Source of the DNA: Dehalococcoidia bacterium
Lineage (GTDB): Bacteria > Chloroflexota > Dehalococcoidia > Lucifugimonadales > UBA1127
Reading direction: 5' to 3'
Assembly: GCA_034422455.1 (NCBI GenBank)
Contig: DAOUJQ010000013.1
Span: 17,632 to 81,631 of the forward strand
Length of the DNA stretch: 64,000 bases
Part shown: one piece after another, positions 33,593 through 42,268 of the stretch
Layout: each line of letters begins with the position of its first letter
Numbering within the stretch: position 1 is the stretch's first letter
The notes under the pieces: model-generated
Databases searched by the model: none
Told to the model about the DNA's origin: nothing
Seen by the model: the letters and a program-made list of their open reading frames with translations, nothing else
Position numbers and translations under genes: made by a program

Positions 33593-34264
33593 ATGTCAGA
33601 ATGGCTGGGCCGCGAGTACAACTACGCCGTGTGGCGGCCGTCGCAGGCCGAGTTCCAGCTGCTGAAGGAGATCCACCACGCGGGCGACGTCGCCCCCGAC
33701 TTCACGCTGCCCCTCCTCGACGGCGGCGAGCTGAGCCTCTCCGACCTGAAGGGCAAGCCCGTCGTCATCGAGTTCGGCTCCATCACCTGACCGCCATGCC
33801 AGGGGGAGTTCCCCCTCATGGACCAGCTGGCCCGCGACTACGCCGACCGCGCCCACTTTCTCTTCGTCTACGTGCGTGAGGCCCACCCGGACGACTTCCC
33901 GCAGTGGCCGGAGCACAAGACCATCAAGCAGAAGTTCGAGCAGGCGCGCCTCATGCGGGAGCGCCACGGCACGCCGCGCACCATCGTGGTCGACGACGTG
34001 GAGGGCACGGTGCACCGGGCGTGGAGCGGCATGCCCAACATGAGCTGGATCATCGACCACACCGGCCGCGTGTTCTTCAAAGCGGGGTGGACGGTGGAGT
34101 CCGACCTGCGCGCCGGACTGGAGGACTACTTCGACCTGAGGGAGCGCATGCGGGAGGGCTCGACGGCGCGCTACTACAAGGAGTACATCACCGCCACGCC
34201 GCGGATGCGCGAGGGCGGTGGCATGATGCGGCCGCAGCGCGAGCCCGCGGAGACCGGCGGGTAA
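33593..34264 (+). CDS. Deiodinase-like (DIO/Prx-like thioredoxin-fold) protein with one in-frame UGA (predicted selenocysteine)
   Basis: ORFs 33374-33790 and 33818-34264 share a frame across TGA 33788-33790. ATG 33593 follows AAGGAGGG. The motif VVIEFGSIT-U-PPC ... FLFVYVREAHPDD resembles the iodothyronine deiodinase active site FGSxTUPPF. A SECIS-like hairpin follows. Confidence 0.75.
33794..33821 (+). promoter_or_regulatory. Bacterial SECIS-like hairpin 3
   Basis: Upper stem AGGGGG (33801-33806) pairs with CCCCCT (33811-33816) around loop AGTT. Lower stem is CCATG/CATGG with a CC bulge. The spacer after the TGA is 10 nt. Confidence 0.7.
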
Positions 34265-34293
34265 GCCAACATACCTGCCAAGGCGGAAGAAAC

Positions 34294-34331
34294 CCCCGTT
34301 CGTCCTGAGGGAAATCGCAGGGTGAACGGGG
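34294..34331. repeat. Module A, reverse orientation
   Basis: CCCCGTTCGTCCTGAGGGAAATCGCAGGGTGAACGGGG. Confidence 0.8.
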
Positions 34332-34362
34332 GTTTTGCACTGTGCGTGAGGGAGAGGTTGCC

Positions 34363-34680
34363 CTATCCGGCGTGAGAGGAATCCCCATGATTGGGTTGAG
34401 CGCCCTGCTCACTATCCACCAGCCGCCCCGACAGATACCTGTGGACAACGTTAGAAAGCAGCGCCTGGCAGGAAACGCCCTCCTCCCTCGCCCTGGAATG
34501 CGCGAGTTGGAAGTCGCGCTCCGAAACCCGCAACTGTAGCCGCTTGCTCCTGGAGAGGGTGTTACGGGCCTTCTGCCTGGCATCCTCAATTTCCCGCTCC
34601 ATGTCGGGCACCGGGCGCAGTTCCCCTCTCTCGAATCGCTTCAATATATCGCGCTCCTCAGCGTCAAGCATCTCTTTCAC
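34363..34680 (-). CDS. brnA: BrnA-like (CopG/RHH) antitoxin
   Basis: ORF track, 105 aa, GTG start. KRLQLRVSERDFQLAHSRAREEGVSCQALLSNVVHRYLSGRL matches the BrnA ribbon-helix-helix C-terminus. Confidence 0.65.
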   Translation of the reverse strand: MKEMLDAEERDILKRFERGELRPVPDMEREIEDARQKARNTLSRSKRLQLRVSERDFQLAHSRAREEGVSCQALLSNVVHRYLSGRLVDSEQGAQPNHGDSSHAG

Positions 34681-34682
34681 GT

Positions 34683-34964
34683 TTACCCTCTCCGCCGATA
34701 GGTCCTGGTCGCTTTCCGGCTTGGAATGATCGTCTTCAGAAAACTTGTGCCGTCAGACTGTGCAACGAAGGGCACTAGATACAGGTACTCGTCAATCTCT
34801 ACGACATAGATTCGCTGGCCCGGATACCGTTCAGGGTTGGGATGGTCCAGCACCTCCAGCAAGCGACCCTCTTCTATGGCAGAGACAATCCTCCCAAATG
34901 AGATTCCCCGCTGTTCAATGAGCTGTCTATCTTTTGGCGTGCTCCACTCGAAGCCAGGAGGCAT
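34683..34964 (-). CDS. brnT: BrnT-like (DUF497) toxin
   Basis: ORF track, 93 aa. Contains FEWSTPKDRQLIEQRGISF...IIPSRKATRTY, a DUF497-like pattern. The toxin-first order and 2-nt gap to the antitoxin match brnTA operons. Confidence 0.6.
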   Translation of the reverse strand: MPPGFEWSTPKDRQLIEQRGISFGRIVSAIEEGRLLEVLDHPNPERYPGQRIYVVEIDEYLYLVPFVAQSDGTSFLKTIIPSRKATRTYRRRG

Positions 34965-35086
34965 GATTCAATATTCTTCCCCAGCAAGCCATTTGGCAAC
35001 CCCAGCGTTCCGATGCTTGCCAGTGTGGACAATCCTGAATAAGCCCAGAACGTCGCTAGCACTCGATACGGAGACGGCAGGGAAAG

Positions 35087-35959
35087 CTACCCCACGCGGT
35101 CCGCGACTTCCTTGAACCGCCGGATGACGTCGATGTGCTGGTCCGCCGACGTAAAGCCCGCGCCCATCGTGACCGCGTCGAGCTGCGTGGCGCCCGTCTC
35201 CTTCCACCACGCGATGGCCGCTGCCCACTCGCTCTCCGGTATGCGCGCCGGGTTGACGCGCCCGCAGACCACGATGTCCGCCGGGTCCCGGCCCGCCTCC
35301 CGAGCGTACTCTCGCATCTTCTCGATGTGCTGCCGGCCCGCCTCATCCATCTGGGCCTGCGGGAGCCAGCCGTCGGCAAGCGTCGCCACCCGGCGGAGCA
35401 CGGGATCGGCGCCGCCGCCCATCCAGATGGGGATGGGCCGCTGGACGGGCAGGGGGTTGATGCCCGCGCCGCTGACCGTGTGCCACCGCCCGGCGAAGTC
35501 GACCGACTCCTCCGTCCACAGCGCCCGCAGCAGCGCGACCTGCTCCTCCACGCGCCGGCCCCGGTTGTGGAAGTCCTGGCCGAGCGCCTCGTACTCGACG
35601 CGGTTCCACCCCAGCCCGATGCCCAGCCGCATCCGGCCGCCGCTCAGCACGTCGATGGCCGCAGCCTGCTTGGCGACGAGCGCCGTCTGTCGCTGCGGCA
35701 GGATGATGATGCCCGTCGTCAGCTTGATGGTGGTCGTCAGGCCCGCCAGGTAGCCAAAGAGGACAAAGGGCTCGTGGAATGCCGAGTCCATGGTGTACGC
35801 GCCGCCCCAGTCGGGGTGCTTGGCGGGGTCTGCGCCCAGCACGTGGTCGTAGGCCAGGATGTGCTCGTAGCCGAGCCCTTCGGCGGCCTGCGCGAACTCG
35901 CGGATTGCGCCGGGGTCGTTGCCAATCTCTGTCTGCGGAAAGATAACGCCGAGTTTCAT
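35087..35959 (-). CDS. LLM-class F420-dependent oxidoreductase
   Basis: ORF track, 290 aa. Contains MKLGVIFPQTEIG...GYEHILAYDHVLG...LSGGRMRLGIGLGWNRVEYEALG. Confidence 0.85.
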   Translation of the reverse strand: MKLGVIFPQTEIGNDPGAIREFAQAAEGLGYEHILAYDHVLGADPAKHPDWGGAYTMDSAFHEPFVLFGYLAGLTTTIKLTTGIIILPQRQTALVAKQAAAIDVLSGGRMRLGIGLGWNRVEYEALGQDFHNRGRRVEEQVALLRALWTEESVDFAGRWHTVSGAGINPLPVQRPIPIWMGGGADPVLRRVATLADGWLPQAQMDEAGRQHIEKMREYAREAGRDPADIVVCGRVNPARIPESEWAAAIAWWKETGATQLDAVTMGAGFTSADQHIDVIRRFKEVADRVG

Positions 35960-35983
35960 AGTTGCCTCCGTCCGTTGATTGGC

Positions 35984-36012
35984 CCCCTTCGGCTCCGCTC
36001 AGGGCGAACGGG
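35984..36012. repeat. Module D variant
   Basis: CCCCTTCGGCTCCGCTCAGGGCGAACGGG. Confidence 0.6.
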
Positions 36013-36069
36013 CGGGCGATTCACAGGTCGCCCCTGCAATGGGGGAAGCGGGCTTTGCCGTGCGCGGGC

Positions 36070-37344
36070 CTACCGGGCGCCGGCCGAGCGCATCCCGCTA
36101 CCGAGCACGCCCGGCAGCATCAGCGCGGCCAGCGTGCCGATGGCGTAGAAGGCCGCCGCGTACATGAAGAAGATGCCGACGCCGTACACGCTCGTGAGGA
36201 TGCCCAGCACGATGGGGGAGAGCGCGCCGAAGAGGGCGTTGACGCCCCACAGCAGCCCGATCATGCTGCCTTCCAGGTTCAGCCCCTCCGCCATGTCCAT
36301 CGACCCGGCCTGCGTCAGCGAGTTCACGGAGAACATGAAGATGCCCGCCAGCATCACCAGCGCAGCCAGCGCAAGGCCGTCGTTGAAGACGGTCATCGTG
36401 GACACGATGACGGTGCTGCACGCCATGATCATGAAGATGACCCTGCCGCGGCCCCAAGAGTCGGACAGCCGCCCGAAGAGGGGGCCGGTGAAGATGGCGA
36501 CGGCGGTGAGCAGCGACACGTAGAGGCCGATGGTCCACGCGTCCATCTCCAGCTCGCGCCGCAGGTAGATGGGCAGGAAGAGCATGACCGCGCCGTCGGC
36601 GATGCCCCGTACGCCGCCGACGAACAGCAGCGCCACGAACGACCTGTACCGGAACAGGTTCCCTATCGCGCCAAGCTGCGCGCCAAGGCTGCGGTTGCCG
36701 CCGTGGACCATCTGCTGCTTGCTGCCGCCGATGTTCCGCAAGTACAGCATGATGAGCACAGCCACGCCGAGGGCCAGCGGGAAGACGCCCCAGAGGACCG
36801 CCTGCCACGTGATGATGGCCAGCAGCAGGCCAAACACCACAGGGGCGATAGTCTCGCCGACGTTACCGGCGGAGCGGTGGAGCGACACGTAGAGGCCCCG
36901 TCGCTCCGGGACCCGCTGCGAGATGATGCCCAGCGCCGGCGGGTGCCAGATGGACCCGGCCGCCGCCGCAAACCCCAGCGCGATCAGGATGACGTAGTAG
37001 TTGGGAAAAACGCCGATGATGAGGTAGCCAAACCCCATCAGGCCTATGCTGCCCGCGAGGATGGGGCCGCGCAGGTGCTGGACGCGGTCGGTCAGGACGC
37101 CGCCGCCCATGCTCGCGACGCCGCTGGTGACGCGCCGCACGGCCTCCATGACGCCCGCGCCGATGGTGCCGATGCCGAGGGACTCCATCATGAACGGCAG
37201 CAGCACCAGGAAACCGCGGGTATACACGTGCTGCATCGTATGGGCGACGATCAGCCCCCATACGACAAAGAGGTCGCTCTGCCCGCCCTTGGACTCCCTC
37301 TTTTCTTCGAGCGCAACGGGCGTGGCGATGTCGGCTTGGGCCAT
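36070..37344 (-). CDS. MFS transporter
   Basis: ORF track, 424 aa with about 12 hydrophobic segments. Contains MFS motif-A-like GRLSDSWGRGRV. Confidence 0.85.
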   Translation of the reverse strand: MAQADIATPVALEEKRESKGGQSDLFVVWGLIVAHTMQHVYTRGFLVLLPFMMESLGIGTIGAGVMEAVRRVTSGVASMGGGVLTDRVQHLRGPILAGSIGLMGFGYLIIGVFPNYYVILIALGFAAAAGSIWHPPALGIISQRVPERRGLYVSLHRSAGNVGETIAPVVFGLLLAIITWQAVLWGVFPLALGVAVLIMLYLRNIGGSKQQMVHGGNRSLGAQLGAIGNLFRYRSFVALLFVGGVRGIADGAVMLFLPIYLRRELEMDAWTIGLYVSLLTAVAIFTGPLFGRLSDSWGRGRVIFMIMACSTVIVSTMTVFNDGLALAALVMLAGIFMFSVNSLTQAGSMDMAEGLNLEGSMIGLLWGVNALFGALSPIVLGILTSVYGVGIFFMYAAAFYAIGTLAALMLPGVLGSGMRSAGAR

Positions 37345-37487
37345 TCGGGTCTCCGTGGTGAGGCTCGGTAGCTACGTGACGATGCTACGGGCGCAGGCGC
37401 GGGAGTGTCAAGGCGGGAGGGGGGCTGGGCGACAATCCTACGTCCGGCACAGGCCAAGCGAATCGATAGCGCGATGTCCAGGAAAGT

Positions 37488-37521
37488 CCGTTCGTCCTGA
37501 GGGAAATCGAAGGATGAACGG
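37488..37521. repeat. Module A, reverse orientation (left flank of the GIY-YIG gene)
   Basis: CCGTTCGTCCTGAGGGAAATCGAAGGATGAACGG. Confidence 0.85.
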
Positions 37522-37566
37522 GGCGGGCGCAGCCCGCCGCCCGCGTCGCGCCCCAGAAGCGCCCGC

Positions 37567-37863
37567 TTAGCGCGGTCGGTCCGGTGTGCGACGCCTAGCG
37601 AGCTCCGACAGCGCTGACCAGTCACCGCGAATCAGGGCTTCCTTCTTTGCTCTTGACCACTTTTTCACTTGGAATTCGGCTGCGAGCGCCTCTTCGCGAG
37701 TATAGAAGGCCTCGGAATAGACGAGAATAACAGGGCGCCTGTTGGATGTGTATCCTGGCAGTTCCCCGTCCTGATGCGCCCCCAACCTGCTCTCCAGCGC
37801 GTCAGTGTGGCCCGTGTAGTAGGAGCCGTTGGCGCAGCGGAGAATGTACACCCAGAACGACAT
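37567..37863 (-). CDS. GIY-YIG nuclease family protein (UPF0213-like)
   Basis: ORF track, 98 aa. Contains WVYILRCANGSYYTGHTDALESRLGAHQ...E..KKWSRAKK. Confidence 0.85.
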   Translation of the reverse strand: MSFWVYILRCANGSYYTGHTDALESRLGAHQDGELPGYTSNRRPVILVYSEAFYTREEALAAEFQVKKWSRAKKEALIRGDWSALSELARRRTPDRPR

Positions 37864-37893
37864 TTGGTGGAAAGTCTAGCATTCCCGACCCCT

Positions 37894-37927
37894 CCGTTCA
37901 TCCTTCGATTTCCCTCAGGACGAACGG
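37894..37927. repeat. Module A, forward orientation (right flank of the GIY-YIG gene)
   Basis: CCGTTCATCCTTCGATTTCCCTCAGGACGAACGG, the exact reverse complement of 37488-37521. Confidence 0.85.
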
Positions 37928-38079
37928 AGGGGTCGACGTGACCACCATGGCCGCGTGCCGCATCCTCGTATAGCAAAATGAAAAGAGCAGGCCTATGCCT
38001 GCTCCTCCCACGCTAGGCCTGCACGGCCTATCCAATTCCAGCATAGTGAATAGCCCGTATGATGTCTACCAGTTGCCCC

Positions 38080-38682
38080 CTACCCGCTGATCGTCCCCTT
38101 GGTGCTGGGCACCTGGTCCGACTGGCGCGGGTCGACGGCGATGGCCGCCCGCAGGGCGCGGGCGAGGGCCTTGAACAGCGCTTCCGCCTTGTGGTGGCTG
38201 TTCTGCCCCGCCAGCACCGTCGCGTGCAGGTTGAAGCGGCCCTCCATCGCGATGGATTCCAGCGAGTGGCGCACCAGGTCCGCCGGCAGGCTCTCCACCA
38301 TGCCGCCCTCGATGGCGGTGTCCACAATGGCGTAGCTGCGCCCGCTCAGGTCGACGGCCACCTGCACCAGCGTCTCGTCGAAGGGCACCATCGAGTGCCC
38401 CATGCGCACGATGCCGCGGCCGTCGCCCAGCGCCTCGTGCAGCGCGCGGCCCACGGCGATGGACACGTCCTCGACGGTGTGGTGCCAGCCCGTCTTGTCG
38501 GCGTCGCCCTCTGCCTCGACCGTCAGGTCCATCAGCGAGTGGCGCGAAAGCTGCGACAGCAGGTGGTCGAAGAAGCCGTTGCCCGTGTTGACGTTGTATT
38601 GCCCGGTCCCGTCCAGGGACAGCTCGACGCTGACCCTGGTCTCCCTGGTCTCCCGCTTTATCGTGGCCGTTCTTGCTTCCAT
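38080..38682 (-). CDS. hisB: Imidazoleglycerol-phosphate dehydratase
   Basis: ORF 38080-39114 trimmed to ATG 38682 (MEARTATIKRETRETRVSVELSLDG...GFFDHLL...HHTVEDV...HHKAEALFKA). Confidence 0.92.
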   Translation of the reverse strand: MEARTATIKRETRETRVSVELSLDGTGQYNVNTGNGFFDHLLSQLSRHSLMDLTVEAEGDADKTGWHHTVEDVSIAVGRALHEALGDGRGIVRMGHSMVPFDETLVQVAVDLSGRSYAIVDTAIEGGMVESLPADLVRHSLESIAMEGRFNLHATVLAGQNSHHKAEALFKALARALRAAIAVDPRQSDQVPSTKGTISG

Positions 38683-38690
38683 GTCGCCAC

Positions 38691-39785
38691 CTACTTCATC
38701 AGGTCTGTGAGTGCGTTGATGAGGGCGTCGGTCTCCTCCGGCTTGCCCGCGGAGATGCGCAGGCACTCCCGGAGCCGGTCCTCGTTGAACCGCCGTACGA
38801 AGATGCCTCGCTTGGCCAGCAGCCCTTGCAGCTCCGCCGCGCGGCCGTCCGGGACCTCGCAGAGGAGGAAGTTCGCCTTGGACGGGTAGCAGCGGAGGCC
38901 CAGCGAGTCCTCCAACAGCCCGCGCATGCGCTCGCGCTCCTCCACCAGCGTCCGCACCCGCTGCAGCAGCTCGTCCGTGTCCTGCAGCGACGCGTCGAGC
39001 GCCGTCTGCGCCGCCACGCTGACGTTGTACGGCTGCTTGATGCCCATCAGGTGCTCCACCAGCCGCGGGTGCATGATGCCGTACCCCAGCCGCACGCCCG
39101 CGAGCCCGGCCCACTTGCTCAGGCTCCGCAGCACGACGAGGTTCGGGTATTCGTCGACGAGGTGGGCCGACGTGAAGCCGCAGAACTCGTGGTACGTCTC
39201 GTCCACCACGACCATCAGCCCCAGGTCCAGCAGCGCGAGGATGTCCGGCTCCGGCGACAGCGTGCCCGTCGGGTTGTTGGGGTTGCAGAGGAAGACGAGC
39301 TTGGCCCGGCCGTCGGCCGCCGCGGCGCGCACCGCGTCCATGTCGACGCCGAACGACGCATCGCGCGGCGCGTCCACCACCTCGGCGCCGGCGAGCTTCA
39401 GCGTGACGGAGTACATCCCGAACGTGGGCGTCAGGTTGATCGCTGTGTCGCCTGGGTCCATCGTCAGCCGCACGACGAGGTCGATCAGCTCGTCGCAGCC
39501 CGCGCCGGCGATGACGCTCTCGAACGGCACGCCCGCGTACGCCGCGAGCGCGGCCCGCACCTCGCGCTGGAACGGGTCGGGGTAGATGTTGTAGCCGGAG
39601 AACGCCCCCATCGCCTCAGCCACGCGCGGCGACGGCCCGTAGGGGTTCTCGCTGGCGTCCATCTTGATGACCTGCGACGCCGGGATCCCCTCGCGCTTGG
39701 CCAGCTCCTCCGGCGGCTCGACCGGCTTATACGGGTCGAGCGCGCGGACGAGAGGCCGCACCAGCTTGTCGACGTCGTTGTTCAT
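38691..39785 (-). CDS. hisC: Histidinol-phosphate aminotransferase
   Basis: This is the 3' part of ORF 38691-40820, from ATG 39785 (MNNDVDKLVRPLVRALDPYKP...DASENPYGPSP...SLSKWAGLAGVRLGY). The ATG overlaps the hisD stop (ATGA). Confidence 0.9.
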   Translation of the reverse strand: MNNDVDKLVRPLVRALDPYKPVEPPEELAKREGIPASQVIKMDASENPYGPSPRVAEAMGAFSGYNIYPDPFQREVRAALAAYAGVPFESVIAGAGCDELIDLVVRLTMDPGDTAINLTPTFGMYSVTLKLAGAEVVDAPRDASFGVDMDAVRAAAADGRAKLVFLCNPNNPTGTLSPEPDILALLDLGLMVVVDETYHEFCGFTSAHLVDEYPNLVVLRSLSKWAGLAGVRLGYGIMHPRLVEHLMGIKQPYNVSVAAQTALDASLQDTDELLQRVRTLVEERERMRGLLEDSLGLRCYPSKANFLLCEVPDGRAAELQGLLAKRGIFVRRFNEDRLRECLRISAGKPEETDALINALTDLMK

Positions 39786-41170
39786 CGCCCGTTCCCCGCT
39801 CGCCCTGGGCCTGTCGAAGGGCCGCGTCCCGCCGTTCGCCCTGAGCTTGTCGAAGGGTCCAGCCGCAGCCGCGCCGCCCGCGCGTGCCCCTCGAGGCCCT
39901 CGGCCTCGGCCAGCCGCGCGGCGTCCTCGCCCAGCGCGTGGAACGCCTCCGAGTCCAGCCCGATGACGTTGGTCACCTTCAGGAACTGGTGGACGCCCAG
40001 CGCGCTGTTGAACCGCGCCGTGCCGCCCGTCGGCATGACGTGGCTCGGCCCGGCAATGTAGTCGCCCGCCACCTCCGGCGAGGCCTCGCCGAGGAAGACG
40101 CCGCCCGCGTTGCGCACGCTGACCAGCAGCCGCTGCGGCTCCTCGACGAGGAGGCACATGTGCTCCGGCCCGTACAGGTTCGCGAGCGACATCGCCTGGT
40201 CCAGGTCGTCCACCAGCACGGCCATGCCCTGGTTCTCGACGGCCGCCGACGCGATGTCCCGCTTGGGCAGCGTGACGAGCTGCCGCTCGACCTCCGCGCG
40301 CACGCTCTCCAGCGTGTCCCGCGATGTCGTGATAAGCACCGGCGACGCCAGCGTGTCGTGCTCCGCCTGCGCCAGCAGGTCGGCCGCGCACACGACGGGG
40401 TCGACGGACGCGTCCGCGATGACCAGCGTCTCCGTGGGTCCGTACAGGCCGTCGACTGCCACCTCGCCGTACACCATCTGCTTGGCCAGCGTCACGAAGA
40501 TGTTGCCGGGCCCGCAGACGATGTCCACCTTGGGCACCGACTCCGTCCCGAACGCCATCGCGGCGATGGCCTGGGCGCCGCCAATCTGGAAGACCCGGTC
40601 GACGCCCGCGACGTACGCCGCGGCCAGCACCGCCGGGTTCGGGCCCGCTCCCTGCCGCGACGGCGTCGCCAGCACGACCTCTTCGACGCCCGCCACGCGC
40701 GCGGGCACTGCGGTCATCAGCACCGTCGAGGGGTAGGCGGCCTGCCCGCCGGGCGCGTAGACGCCGGCCCGGGCCATCGCCGTGAACTGCTCGCCAAGGC
40801 CCGTCGCGGGGTCCCGCCACGACCGGGGCATGCAGGCTTCGTGGAAGGCGCGAATACGGCCGGCGGCGGTGTGCAGCGCGCGCCGCAGCTCCTCCGGCGT
40901 CTCGTCATAGGCCTGCCGCAGCGCGGAGGCGGGGGCCTCCAGCGTGTCCGGCGCGCCGCCGTCGAGCATCCCGGCGTACCTGCGCACCGCGGCGTCGCCG
41001 CCGTCGCGCACGTCGTCCAGCACGCGCGACACCGCCTGCCGGGGCGTCAGCCGCTCGCCGAACAGCGCCTCGATGCGCTCCAGCGTCTCCGGCGACGCTG
41101 AGTCCCACACGCGAAGCGCGCCCCGTTCAAGCGCCTTCCGCCCGTTTTCATAGCCCACGACTACCCGCAT
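39782..41170 (-). CDS. hisD: Histidinol dehydrogenase with a repeat-encoded C-terminal extension
   Basis: ORF track, 462 aa. The body is typical HisD (GGAQAIAAMAFGTES...CGPGNIFV...AQAEHD). The last ~27 aa (DPSTSSGRTAGRGPSTGPGRAGNGR) are encoded by two D-type repeat modules. Confidence 0.9.
   Translation of the reverse strand: MRVVVGYENGRKALERGALRVWDSASPETLERIEALFGERLTPRQAVSRVLDDVRDGGDAAVRRYAGMLDGGAPDTLEAPASALRQAYDETPEELRRALHTAAGRIRAFHEACMPRSWRDPATGLGEQFTAMARAGVYAPGGQAAYPSTVLMTAVPARVAGVEEVVLATPSRQGAGPNPAVLAAAYVAGVDRVFQIGGAQAIAAMAFGTESVPKVDIVCGPGNIFVTLAKQMVYGEVAVDGLYGPTETLVIADASVDPVVCAADLLAQAEHDTLASPVLITTSRDTLESVRAEVERQLVTLPKRDIASAAVENQGMAVLVDDLDQAMSLANLYGPEHMCLLVEEPQRLLVSVRNAGGVFLGEASPEVAGDYIAGPSHVMPTGGTARFNSALGVHQFLKVTNVIGLDSEAFHALGEDAARLAEAEGLEGHARAARLRLDPSTSSGRTAGRGPSTGPGRAGNGR
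39796..39859. repeat. Two D modules (reverse orientation) inside the hisD 3' coding region
   Basis: CCGCTCGCCCTGGGCCTGTCGAAGGGCC and CCGTTCGCCCTGAGCTTGTCGAAGGGTC. Confidence 0.75.
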
Positions 41171-41233
41171 GGCTTTGGTCTTGCCCCCATCCTGACCTTC
41201 CCCTCGTTTGGGGGAAGGGAAATGCAGTCGGCG

Positions 41234-42268
41234 TCAGGCCTGGTTGCCGGCCACGGCGGCCGCCAGCCGCTCGTAGGCGTCGCACTGCGCGAAGAACAGG
41301 TACGACGGCTGCGAGATCGTGATGCCGTTGCCGCCGAACCCGCGCAGGTGCTCCACCGCGTCCAGCGCCCGGTCCCTCCCTACGAGGATGGTCACGCTGT
41401 AGAGGTCGTCGCCGCTGGGCTCGAAGACCGGCGCGACCGTCGGGCCCTCCAGCCCGGACAGGTCCCGCCGCTCGAGGATCAGCGCCGCGACGGCCTCCGG
41501 CGACGGCCCGCGCACGTTGGCGGCCACGCGGCAGTAGTCCTGCGCCCGCAGGTACCCCTCGGCGCGCTCCAGCACGGCCTTCACCAGCGCCATCTTGCCG
41601 CCGGACTCCCGCAGCGCGCGCCGGTTCGCGATGAAGCACGACTGCGACGACAGGATCGTGCCGTCCAGCAGCGTCTTCAGCCGGTTCTCGCGCAGCGTCG
41701 TGCCCGTCGCCGTGATGTCCGCGATGAGGTCCGCCTGCCCGATGGCCGGGGCCACCTCCAGCGTCCCGCTCGACGGCACGAGCTTCAGGTAGTTGATGCC
41801 CCTGGCGAAGAGGAACTGCTGCGTCAGGCGCGGGTACTTCGTCGCCACCCGCAGCTCCCGCCCGCGCTCCCGGAACTCCAGCGCGATGTCCGCAAGGTCG
41901 GCGGTCGTCGTCACGTCGAGCCACGTCTCCGGCACCGCCAGCGCCAGCTCGCAGCCGCCGAACCGCAGGTCGTCCATCACCACGAGGGCGTCGCCGCCCT
42001 CCTGCGACGACTCCCTGACCCGGTCGAGACCCGTGATGCCGCAGTCCGCCGTGCCGTCCTCCACCTTGCCCGGTATGTCCGAGGCCCGTTGGAAGAGCGT
42101 GTTGACGCCCGGCACCCCCGCTAGGCTGCCGGTGTAGCCCCGGCTGCTGACGCGGCGGTTACTCATGCCGCAGGCGCGCAGGAACTCCAGCGTCGGCTCG
42201 TACAATGCGCCGTCGCTGGGAATCGCGAGCCGCAGCTCGGTTGCGCCGTTAGAGCCAGGTGCGTTCAC
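41234..42268 (-). CDS. hisG: ATP phosphoribosyltransferase, long form with C-terminal regulatory domain
   Basis: ORF track, 344 aa. Contains LRLAIPSDGALYEPTLEFL...DIPGKVEDGTADCGITGLD...ADITATGTTLRENRL, plus a HisG_C-like tail. Confidence 0.85.
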   Translation of the reverse strand: MNAPGSNGATELRLAIPSDGALYEPTLEFLRACGMSNRRVSSRGYTGSLAGVPGVNTLFQRASDIPGKVEDGTADCGITGLDRVRESSQEGGDALVVMDDLRFGGCELALAVPETWLDVTTTADLADIALEFRERGRELRVATKYPRLTQQFLFARGINYLKLVPSSGTLEVAPAIGQADLIADITATGTTLRENRLKTLLDGTILSSQSCFIANRRALRESGGKMALVKAVLERAEGYLRAQDYCRVAANVRGPSPEAVAALILERRDLSGLEGPTVAPVFEPSGDDLYSVTILVGRDRALDAVEHLRGFGGNGITISQPSYLFFAQCDAYERLAAAVAGNQA

